A DNA stretch of 64,000 nt from Paraspadella gotoi (Eukaryota > Animalia > Chaetognatha). Below, piece after piece: positions 40,088 through 51,600 of the stretch. The stretch lies in the NCBI GenBank assembly GCA_051294375.1, contig CM119269.1, positions 22,493,808 to 22,557,807 on the forward strand, written 5' to 3'. The first letter of the stretch is position 1. Every line of letters starts with the position of its first letter. The position numbers and the translations under genes were made by a program. Under the pieces are notes generated by a model. The model was not told the origin of the DNA. It searched no databases and worked only from the letters and a program-made list of their open reading frames with translations.

Positions 40088-42539
40088 ATGTCGGGCCGCA
40101 ACTTCCTCCACAAGATCCGCCTCTTCGACGCCTACCCCAAGACGCTCGAGGAATTCCGCGTCAAGACTTTCGCCGGCGCCGCCGTCACCATCTTCAGCGG
40201 ATTCCTCATCGTGCTGCTCTTTCTTTCCGAGTTGTCGAGATACTTGACGTTAGAGACCAAGCAGGTTGGTAGTTTAAAAATAATCCTTAATAATTAATCC
40301 TGACTATAGACAGATTATGGTGGGTTAAAGTGTTCATCCCTTTCACAAGATAATGTCATACCAGGACACTGCTAGCTTTCAATCAATACTCTCCCACAGT
40401 CTGGTGTATTATTATTAACTCGCATATGTGAAAGTCTTGATTGAAAGCTTGCAGGGACCTGCTATGTCATTATCTTGTAAGAGTGATGGAGGCCTTAAAC
40501 CACCAAAGCCTGTCCAAAGTCAGGGGCAAGATAGCTTATTTATTAAATGAATGGATAATTTTTATATTGGTTGTACCAATTTCATATATATTTCTATCTC
40601 GCCAAACAAATGATTACCTTGTCAATAAACAAATTATCTTGGCTACTGACTCTGATTGTTGTCGTTCTGACAACATAATAAAATTATGAATCCTTGCAAG
40701 CTTTTCGAATCAATATTAACTCACATTCGAGTTTATTCCAGTTTACCAACAATGATTAGTTTCTCAATCAATGATGTATTAACTCGTTCCTTTTTTTTTG
40801 AAACGACAAAGATTGGCCTGACCAACCCAATTTAAACGACAAAGATTGGCCTGACCAACCCAATTTTGCTCCCGGATTGGCGGCATAACCTTTTTTTTAA
40901 AAATATTTTATTTATGTTAATTTATATTAATAATAATCTTAACCAAGGAACTCTTCGTGGACACGAGTCGCGACCAAAAGGTCCGCATCAACATGAACGT
41001 GATCTTCCCCCACATCCCCTGCCACTCGCTCAGCATCGACGCCATGGACATTTCGGGGGAGCAGCAGCAGAGCGAGTTGGAGCATCACCTCTTCAAGCAG
41101 CGACTCGACAAAGACGGGAACCGCGTCATGAACGACGGACCCACCAAGAGCAGTTTGGGCGATCCAAGGTTACTTTTAAAATGTGATCAGTTTTGTTAAA
41201 CAATTATAGATAACTCTTTTATGTTTTTTTCTTCTGGATTTAGCAAAGACATAGACTTGAAGGAAGTGATCGAAAAAGCGAAAAACTCTAGTTCCTCCAA
41301 AGCGTCGAATGGCGTCGAATGCCAAAGTTGCTACGGCGCGGAAACACGGGCGGGACAATGCTGCAACACTTGCGACCAAGTCAAGGAGGCCTACCGCAAG
41401 AAAGGATGGGCCATGGACAATCTCGGCAATATCGATCAGTGTAAAGGAGAGGCCGAGTTGCAGCAGCTGTCTAAAGATGAGGGATGCCAGGTAAATAGTT
41501 TTCAGGTTTCGGTATTAAGATTCTGACCAAAAATTTATGAGAGACTTTCTGTCTGCCTTCAGCGCGAGAACGGGGACCTGCTCGCTTCCCGAAGTCCCGT
41601 GATTGAGTTGCCGTCTCATGTGGACGGAGTTGCTTGACTTTGTCTCCCGATCTCTTCTTCTTTTTAATTTTTATCTTCCCCTTATTTTTTCTCGTTTATT
41701 GTTGACATAAGATATTTTTTCAACCATTCCCGCAATTATTTGTTTGCTCTGTTTTCTTTTCAGAAAAAAAAAATATTTAAACGAAGGTTTAATTCGTAAT
41801 TCGTCTCAATCGGTTTTTCCATATTTTCAAGCTTTATGAATTTTTACTAAATTACGTTACAAATCGTTCTCATTTGAAAAGCTATTTTTTCTTCAATTTT
41901 TTCCAAATTTTCTCACTTAGACTTAAGTTAAAATAAATTAATATTATAGATTAGTTAAGGATATTAAACGTTCCCTTTCACAAGGCGTACGGCTACCTCC
42001 TCGTCAACAAAGTCGCCGGCAACTTCCACTTCGCTCCCGGCAAATCCTTCGTCGCTCATCACGTCCACATCCACGACTTAGGAAATCTCGGCGCCGACAA
42101 GAAGTTTAACCTCACCCACCGCATAACTCACCTTTCTTTCGGCCAAGACTATCCCGGGATCGTCAACCCGCTCGATCGTACCGACTCTACGGATCAACGC
42201 GGCTCCACCATGTACCAGTACTACGTCAAGATCGTCCCTACGACCTACGATCATCTCGACGGATCCCCCTCGCTCTATACCAACCAATACTCGGTGACCA
42301 AGCACGAGAAGCAAGTCTCCCTGGCGGGCGGAGACGCGGGCCTGCCCGGCGTCTTCGTTCATTACGAGTTTTCGCCCATGATGGTGAAAGTGAGCGAAAG
42401 GGCGAAATCCTTTCTTCACTTTTTGACTTCCGTCTGCGCCATCGTGGGGGGAGTGTTCACGGTGGCCGGGCTTTTCGACTCCCTGCTCTATCATTCGGCC
42501 AGATACATTCAGAAGAGCGAGTTGGGGAAGTTGGGGTGA
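40088..42539 (+). CDS. ERGIC3: ER-Golgi intermediate compartment protein 3 (Erv46), 4 exons
   Basis: FDAYPKTLEEFRVKT, SIDAMDISGEQ, CQSCYGAE..CCNTCDQVKEAYRKKGW, NKVAGNFHFAPG, MYQYYVKIVPT, LPGVFVHYEFSP, C-terminal ELGKLG. Confidence 0.95.
40427..40585 (+). repeat. R1 repeat, 5'-truncated copy in ERGIC3 intron 1
   Basis: Matches 430-587. Confidence 0.88.
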
Positions 42540-43457
42540 AATTGGGAGGATCGGGATCGCTTATTGGTTGATGGGGAGTTGGCGATTCGATCGCTGATTG
42601 GTTCGATTTATTTTTCAATCCGAAGATCGAAGGAGAAATGAAGGACTTGAAAACTCGACTGTTTACAAAGAAAAAAAAGAAAGATCGATTTTTTTATTCG
42701 ATCTTTGGGCGATCGTTTCTTATTTTTTTTTTTTTTTTTTTTGGTTTTTCTCTCCATCCCCATTTTGAGGTTGATCTCTTTTTCTTTACTATTAAAAAAT
42801 CCTGTTACATCTCTCTTCCCCCCCCCAACCACTTTGGACTAAATTAGTCTCTCGTCTAGTCCTTTATTGAATGAATTGTTGAATCTCTCTCTCTCTCTCT
42901 CTCTCTCTCCCCTCCCTCCCCCACTCTCCCAGTCTCTCTTTTCTCATGCCAGGGTCCCCTCAGCCTCTTCTCCCCCCTTCCCTTCAGTTATTTAGTTGCT
43001 TTATCGTTTCAGTTTATTCGTTGTAATTTCGTTGTCATGGCAATTAAATTTATTTTTTTCTTTTCTAGATCTTTTGTTTATTACAAAAAGGCGACGACAG
43101 CGCCGATGAACTGTTGCGACGGCCAAGGAACTAACGAATGTTTAGAAACAGAAGAAACTTAAAATCGGCAAAAACCGCCGAGTGCAAACTTTTTTTGGTT
43201 TTATTGGCTTTTAAGCTGTTATAGATATTGTTTATAAAACATCGTATTTTAAAGAATACGTTACTATTGCATATTGGGTACTTATGCCGCATATTGGTAT
43301 ATATTCAATTTTCTTTTTTTCCCTCAGAACTTGTTTAAATCACCGTCCAAAAAACCGAGCGACCAAATTTGTAAAAATTCTTCGTCGCCCGAAATCAAAT
43401 TCATTGATCACGAATAAAAACTTACCCAACTTACCCTGACCCTCGCCCACGACGCCG

Positions 43458-44369
43458 ATGGCCGATCCGCTGGCATTCTCTCAGCTGCCGCCGCAGATGC
43501 AGCACCTGCAGCAACAAGTCGAGTCGATTCCCCCGGTGCCGCAGATCCGCGTGGCGCCGGTGCAGCGGGGCAAGGCGACCAACACTCCTCGTCCGCAGAT
43601 GCGTAATCCTCCCGAACCTTTCGTTCACGACTTCCAGCCCAAAACCCCGGACAGAGGCGACGGCGGCGGCGGCGGCGGCGGAGACCGTGCGGGAGGCGGC
43701 GGCGCGGCGGCGGGCGGACTCATGGAAGTCCCTTTCATGGACCCTCATTTCCAACCGGGCCCTTCCATGCAGGCCGACCCCATGCAGTTCCATCCGCAGG
43801 CCTTTCCGCCCGGATCTTTTACTCCCGGCCACACCTTCATAGATCCCAACATGCAAGGGATGATAGGGGACCCGGCCATGCTTCAGCAGCAACAGATGAA
43901 TCTACACCAGCAGCTGTTTCAACAGCAGAAGATGTTCAACCCGCTGCAGAAGATGATGACGCCGACCCACGGACTCGGGATCCCTAATCGGGGCGCCTTC
44001 GCCGGTCCCCCAGGCGGCGCCGGCCGGGGACGGTTGGGCGGTCGACAGCCGAGCGCGGCGGGGTTGGGTCCCTCGTGGATGCAGGACCCCATCCACAATC
44101 TCATGGAGGAAGAGAAGGAGAGAAAGAGAGAGATGAAGCTCTTGAAGAATCGGGAGGCGGCGAGGGAAGGGAGAGAAAAGAAGAGACGATACCAGTTGGT
44201 GCTGGAGGCGCGCGTCTGTCTCCTGGAGAAACAGAATCGGGCGTTGATAGAGGAGCTCAAGGCGCTCAAGTATCTCTTCTGCAAACCCAACCAGCCGTTG
44301 GCAGGGCAGCAGCACGTGCAGCAGGCGCCGCCGCAGCCGCAGTACGATCAGAATCAGTTCGAGGGTTGA
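43458..44369 (+). CDS. CREB/ATF1/CREM-family bZIP transcription factor, single coding exon
   Basis: C-terminal RKREMKLLKNREAARE..KKRRY..LEARVCLLEKQNRALIEELKALKYLFC closely follows the CREB bZIP; N-terminus is Q/P/M-rich. Confidence 0.85.
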   Translation: MADPLAFSQLPPQMQHLQQQVESIPPVPQIRVAPVQRGKATNTPRPQMRNPPEPFVHDFQPKTPDRGDGGGGGGGDRAGGGGAAAGGLMEVPFMDPHFQPGPSMQADPMQFHPQAFPPGSFTPGHTFIDPNMQGMIGDPAMLQQQQMNLHQQLFQQQKMFNPLQKMMTPTHGLGIPNRGAFAGPPGGAGRGRLGGRQPSAAGLGPSWMQDPIHNLMEEEKERKREMKLLKNREAAREGREKKRRYQLVLEARVCLLEKQNRALIEELKALKYLFCKPNQPLAGQQHVQQAPPQPQYDQNQFEG

Positions 44370-45557
44370 GAAAAACTTTTTTTGGGTTTTAGATTTTTAA
44401 TTTTTTTGATTTAAAAAAAAACAAACAAAAAAAGTAATCAATTGACTTTTATTTGATTTTACGCGCGGAATGAAAAAAAGATACTCTTGAATCTTGATTA
44501 TTTATTAGATAGTATTTATAATAATCATTAATGCTGATTAAACAATTAAAAAAGTTGTCTTTTTATTGTCCCCCTTCTTTGATTCCATAAGTCGAGAACA
44601 AACTATGTTCTTAATCAACTTTCCTTCCCAACACTTTATTTTTTTCATTTGGTCTCTAGATCGTATTTTTGATCAGGTCTCGGAGAAAAGAGGAGGGAAT
44701 GATGGCTTTGGCAACCTTCGTCACTGAAATCTTTTCCAAGTTCTCCCCAGTGCAGCTTTGGTCTGAATGTCCAAATACATTTGTCAAATTGATTTTATGA
44801 TTTTACGAGTTTTCGATTACAAAGTTGTATTTCGTTCGTTATGCTGGCCAGTATGGGTTTTTTTTTCGATTTTACCCTTTTTTAAGTGGGGGGGCGTTTT
44901 ATTATTTTCTTTAGCCAAACCAAAAAAATGATAATTAGATTTTTCCTCTTAGTTTCTTTCCGCCCGCCTTTCTCTCCCAAAGACAGATTTTTATTGTGAT
45001 CTCGAGATATTAAGTCGGGACTTCGAAAGAAATTAGAAATAACCAAAGAATTTAATATATAAATCAACAAACAAATGAACAAATATAAACAAAAAAAAAA
45101 AAACCACAAATGAAATTAAACGTCTTAGTTACAAAGTTCCTCGACGCAAAACGACGACGACGACGTCTCGTGGCGACGGGTGACGCTTCGAACGCCGCTC
45201 GAAATTGACGACGACGACGACGACGAAACTGACAAATTCCGAGTGCGATCGATTCTGGAAATTTTGGGGAGAGAAAAATCTCTCTTTCACTCTCTCTCTC
45301 TATCCGGCGGAAAATGAAAGACTAATCTTCTCTGAAATTCGAAAGAGAGAGTCTCTCTCTCTCTCACCAGGGGATTAATCCAGTTCTAATTCCGAAGGCG
45401 GGAGGCGTCTAGCTCTCTGTCTCGCTTTCTGCGTCCTGGGACTTATTTGAGATTTCAACTCCCACGCTCCCTTTCGCTCCCTCTCCGCGGTTGTCGAAAC
45501 ATGGAACCCGCAAGAATCGATCCTCTTTCATAATCCGACCAAACTTTTCTTTGAAGG

Positions 45558-48500
45558 ATGGCGCTCGTCACAGTTCAGGTCGGTCAGTCTGTCTTTTCTC
45601 CGTTTTTTTTAAAAATATTTTACTATTTGTTGGTCTCCGGATTAGTTTTCTTTCTCAAATTTGATCCGTTTTTGAAATCAAAATACGTATTTATACTTAT
45701 TTATAATTAAATGATAAAATTGCTGATAGGTGATTAATCTTCGTCAAAAACAAGAGAAATGGAAGTACGTATATTAGGTACTTTTTAAATTTGTGGCCAA
45801 AAAAGAATTGAACCCCAGAAAAAAAGATTCGCTTTTCATCCTAATGTTTTTCCTCCCTGGTTGTTCATCCTTATTAAGAAAAATAATTTTTCCAAAAATT
45901 AGTTTGAAGTTATTATTTGTAGAGTAGTTTGCTGTTTCTATTTTGATTTAGGTGACGATTTCTTTAATCTGTGCATCGCGTTATTCTTATGGTTTTTAAA
46001 CAGTTGCTTCAACTAGGATAATTTATGTATAAATGTTTTACACTAATTCATACAATTTCTCCATCTGCCTTTCAGCGTTCGCCGACGCCCAGCTCCGGCA
46101 GCCCCGACCCTTCCATCTCCTCGGAAGACGGAAGTCAGTCCCCGACGCGCCTTCGTTCCTTGAGCGAGAGCTACTTCACCGTCAAAGGTTTTATTCTAAA
46201 GTTTTGGAGTACTATACTATAGTTAAATAATTTATTAAATAGTTTAATCCCCCTTTTCCCAGGCGCGGCGCTGGTCCTCCCCCGCAGCGAATGCGTTCGT
46301 CACGTGACGGCGATCCCAACGTCGGGGTCTTCGATTCAGTCGCATCTCCAATCGATGTTCTACCTTCTGCGGCCTCAGGACACCATCAAGATCGCCGTCA
46401 AGCTCGAGTCCCTCTCGAAGCCAGATCACGTCCGCTACATCGTCATCGTCTCCTGCGTCGGGCGACAGGTTGGGGGGGGGGAGAGGGCATGGGGAAAAAG
46501 GAATAAGGTTGTGAAACCGTTTGGGGAAGAAGTTACTACTATTTTACATACTACCTAAAAGCGATAAGTAAAACCGATTACCTTGGTTTTTTGATTCTTT
46601 AAGATAAAAAGAAATTAATTATCACTCTCCAGGGAAATTCTCTTTTTCTTTTGTACTTACTCCGGATATTAGTAATTCATTGGTTCATTGATTACTAGAT
46701 TTGCAGGAAAAGGGTCTTTTTCTTCTCCTTCAGTTCTCTTTACAAAATACAGTATCACAGTACTTTCTTCACTCCCCCCCCCCCGCCCAGGATACGGTAG
46801 AAAGCATCATCCTCGGCGTGGACTGCGGATCCCGCGTCGCCTCCATCGGCCTCGTCCTTCCCGTCTGGGCCGACGCGACGGTGACGCTCGATGGCGACGG
46901 CGGCTTCTCTCTCTCCTCCGCCTCGCGATTGCACATCTTCAAGCCCGTCTCCATCCAGGCCATGTGGAGCGCCTTGCAAAGCCTCCATCGAGTCATCGAC
47001 ACGGCGAGGTGTTGCAATTATTTCCCGGGTGGTCTCACGCACACTTGGATCTCTTACTACGAAGCCAAGCTCGCCTCCACGCAGGTTTGTGTGTGGAATT
47101 AGGGTGGAACTAATTGAGAAACCGACATACCGACAACTACTCCCTTTTCTTGTTACAAAGGAGGAGATAAATGAGTGGAACGCCATGCCCGACGTGGAAG
47201 TATGTCGAGCCGACAAGTTTCTCTTCACCGGCGAATGTGCGACCGACACCGACGAGGACGTCAGGAAAAAAATGATTCGGGCCAAACTCAAGGTTTGCTC
47301 GCGCGGGATTTTTTGGTGCTGGGGATGATGTCGCGGAAATTGAAGACTTGGGGCGAACCTTCCCATGAACTTACCCTCTTCACTCTCAACAGGAAATCAT
47401 GATGACTGTAGACTTGGAAGAGTCGACCTCGAAATACCTTCGTACGAGTCTCGAGGAAGCGTTGGGGATCAAACTGACCCACCTCCGCTCCTTCGTCGAC
47501 AACGAGATGATTAACATCCTGCGCCAAATGGACGCGGCCACGCCCATCTTCGACTTCCTCTACTTGGGGTCGGAGTGGAACGCCTCCAACCTCGACGAGT
47601 TACGTCACAACAACGTCGGCTTCATTCTCAACGTCACGCGGGAGATCGACAACTTCTTTCCGGGATATTTTCAAGTTTGTAAAAATAGTTTTGTTTATTT
47701 GGTATTGGAAACTTTTGTCAATAACAACTAATTCATGTGTCAGAGAGCAGAAAGCTTAGGTTTAAATTGATGTTAAAGTTGAAAGATATTTAAAGATTAG
47801 TTCAAATATATTTTATTTATTATTTAGTACTACAACGTCCGCGTGTATGACGACGAAAACGCGGATCTACTCCGTTCGTGGGATCGAACTTATTCCTTCA
47901 TCAAACAGGCCCAAGACGCGGGATCCAACGTCCTCGTTCACTGCAAAATGGGTCAGTAACATCCTGAGATCTTTCCTCTTCCTGCCCATTTCACTTTCCT
48001 CGCCTCTCGATGAGCAGGCATCTCCCGTTCGGCCTCGACCGTGATCGCCTACATCATGAAAGCCCTCAAGTGGGATTTGGACCGAAGCCTCAAGTTCGTC
48101 AAGGAGAAACGAACCTGCATTCGACCCAATAAAAACTTTCAGCGCCAATTGAAGACTTACGAGGGAATTCTGGAAGCGAGTCGGAACCGAGACAACGCCC
48201 AATGGAGGTTAGGTGGCGTTGGTTGTTGATGTTGTTATTGATGTAGCTGCTGCTATTAAAACTATAAAGACTAGAGAGAAAAATCGAAAAACAAAATTAA
48301 AATTAATCTAAAAAGAACGTTTAGTACTACAATATGTAAATGAGATTTCAAGATTCAATCTCCTTCTATTCAGATGACATTAAATTTTTAATGTTGTCCG
48401 TATAATTCAATCTTTTCTCGTTTTCGTCTCAGGTCGACGGACGATTCCTCTCTCGGCGGCGGAAGCGGCGGCGGCGGCGGCGGAGTCCTCGGCTTCAGAA

Positions 48501-48588
48501 GTTCCGAAGTCGACGACGGAGAAATCGTCGCCTCCAACGAAGACGACGACCTCTTTATGAGGTCATTCTCCCACCCGCCCGCCTCGTC

Positions 48589-48643
<55 letters not shown>

Positions 48644-51600
48644 CGCAAATACAAAATCATCCCCTCCCTTTGCCACTCTCAACAGACGATTTCCCCTCCG
48701 TATTTCTCCCGATGTCTCTCTCCGATCCTCCGCCTCGAGTCGATGCCTCGAACGTCCGGTCGCAGACGCCGCCGACGGCGAAGGCGGCGACGCCGCTCGA
48801 CGATCCTATCGGACGGCGGAAGAGTCCGGGGCTCGACGCCTCAAGGACGCCGGACGTCGGGCGGCGTTTAGAGGCGCCAGAAACCACGCCAAGGTAAGTG
48901 AGAGGATTTTTAGTTGTGGAATGTTAATAAGTTTTTGAGATATATTTATTAATATTAATTGGTTTATTAACTTTGTTCTCATTTTTCTGGCCCCAGGCCG
49001 CGATCCTGGTCTCCCGCCGACGCCTCGTCTCCGTCCGTGACTCAGTATTCCTTCGCCGCGCCGCCGCCGCCGCCTCCGCCGCCGGCGGGCCCGATCCTCT
49101 CCGTTCCCGTCGCCGCCACCGGGAAATCGATCGGCGCCTTCCTTTCTATTGGTATTATTTCGAAAATTTATTTGCAATTGAATGTGAAAAGGTATTTATA
49201 AAGATAATATTAGTAGGGGCACGGTATTGGAAGTTATTCATTACTTTAAACCTAAGAGTATATGTATAAAAACTATAGATTCTTAAGTATTTCTTTCTAA
49301 AAGTGAGTTACCAATATATAAATTTATTAGGTATCCATTACGATTGCTATATGTTCCAAACTCTCGATTTAATTAGTATTAGTCATCAAACCAATTAGGA
49401 ACCATGAGTTGACATAATCATAGCAAATATTAAAACTTATAGCAAATCCTGCAATATGCAAATAAGATGAATAATTTCGTTTCTAAATTATATCTTCAAC
49501 CCTTATATTAATTCTTAGTTAACCACTCTGATAATTTAGTAAAGCTATCGTCGTAGGCGGCGCCGTCGTGGATTCGTCGCAAACGGATCCGGCGTCAGAA
49601 GTCGACGCCGCCGGAGATGGAAAGAAGAAAGCGGCGACGTCGACGAGATTGTCGGCGCCTGGGTGAGAGCGCCATCGACCGGTCCGTGAGACGGGTGGAG
49701 TTCGCAAGACTTTATTCGAATGTTTTATTTCGCAGGACTCAAACTTCTCCAACGGCGTCGATGAAAATTGTTGGTGTCTCTCATTCCCTCCCGAATCCAC
49801 TACATTCCAACGAACAGTCCACGAATCTACCCAGGTCAAAGAAAAGTTGTATTATTATTAAACGATTCGTAAGTTGACTCATTGACTCAACTAGTCTTAT
49901 TTTTCTCCCCGACAGTCTTAGCCTGATTCGTAACGAACTTCGAAAGATTCAAGACTTTCGGACGCAAATGCGAGATCAGGCGCCGATGGGCGCCGCCTCC
50001 TGCCTTCCCGCCGCGGCGTCGGCGGCGACTGCTGCGTCCGGGGCGTCAGTATCGGTCGCGAGAAAGGACAGTTGGAGTTCTTCCTCCTCCGGTAAGAATC
50101 GGAACTTGTGTAGAAAAAGCGTAATTTATAAAAAATGTTAATCTTAATAATAAATTTCTTATAGGCGGGACCGGCGGGAGTCACGAGGAGCTCAACTTTC
50201 TGGAGGATAGTCTGATGGGTATCACCGGCTGCGCGGCGCCGCGAGTCGATTCCGGCTACACCTCCGCCACGGCCGCCGACGAATCCGCGGGCGCCGCTGC
50301 TGTCGAGGCGGTCCTCTTTAGAGTCGGCGGCGACGAAGACGACGAGGGCAAAGAACCGTAATTTGACAATTTCAGACTTGAGAGAATATGAGACGGTGAA
50401 GAGAGTCTTTATTTAATGCTTACAGGGCGCTGCTATGTTATTATCTTGTAAGAGTAAGGAGGCCTTAAACCACTAAAGCCTGTCCAAAATTAGGGGCAAG
50501 ATAACTTATTTAATTTTTAGATTGGTTGTACCAAATTAATAATGATAAAAACTGTTTTATTTATTTTTGGGTTCAGAGAAAACGCGAGGACCGACGCGGA
50601 TAATCATCGTCCCAACAGTATTTACGACGCAGAAGACATTCCCTGGACTCCGGGTACCGTTTAAACTCAATTCTTAACATTTTATTCTTTAACATTTTTA
50701 AATACTTTATTTTGTTTATTAAGGCACGGTAAGAAAGACGACGAAACATTACGAGGAACGAACCATGACTGGAGAATCTTCGCTCGCAGATTCTCAACAA
50801 TTTCCGGTGCAAAGGTAATTTCAAGTAATGTATTGTATTGTATGGCTGAACCAAAGATTTGGTTCTTAACTTTGGTGGTTATAATCTTTCTCTCCTGATT
50901 CTGATATCGGTCCGCCTCGCCACGAAAAGCCCTTTTGTTCGCGCTAGTCGATAGATCGCGCGTTTATCAGAGTCAGAAAAACGAACAAAATAACATCGCG
51001 AGATGAAAAAAAAAATTCCAGGGGGAAGCCGTCACATGACGGCCTCGACAATGAGAGCCCGGCATCCACCGACGCCGGCTCCCTCCCAATCCGGGAACTG
51101 AGGTCCTCAATTCTTTTTTCGCGCTCATCTAGTTCGGTTGTTTCCTTACTGATTTCGCGTTTTTTTCTTGACTTTTTCACGATTTTCTCGTATATCTACG
51201 TTCGAAACCCGCTCATTGGAAGTTATCAAGTAGAGACGAACGTTCGGACAGAGGTCTGACAGCCGAAAACGTTCGGACAAGTCTCTTAACGTAGAGAGGG
51301 ACCGGAGATCCCTCGGGGGCTTGAGAGGTCCAAGGAGACCGAGCGGTCTCGCCCCCGCCGCCCACTTGCCCCACCGACGCCGCTTTCTCCCCCGCCTTTT
51401 TACCGTGGTTTTCGGCACCCGATTCCGTCGGTTTTGGCGGACTCGCGCTACAACCGACATTCCGTTGCCCGGCCGAGCGGTGGGGGCTTTGTCCGTACGG
51501 CGCCCTCTCTCGCCTGATTGCCTCGGACCAAGTGCGCGGACTCGGTCTGGTTCGCATCCCCCACTTGCCGGAGAAGATGACCAGAGGACTGGAGTTCTGT

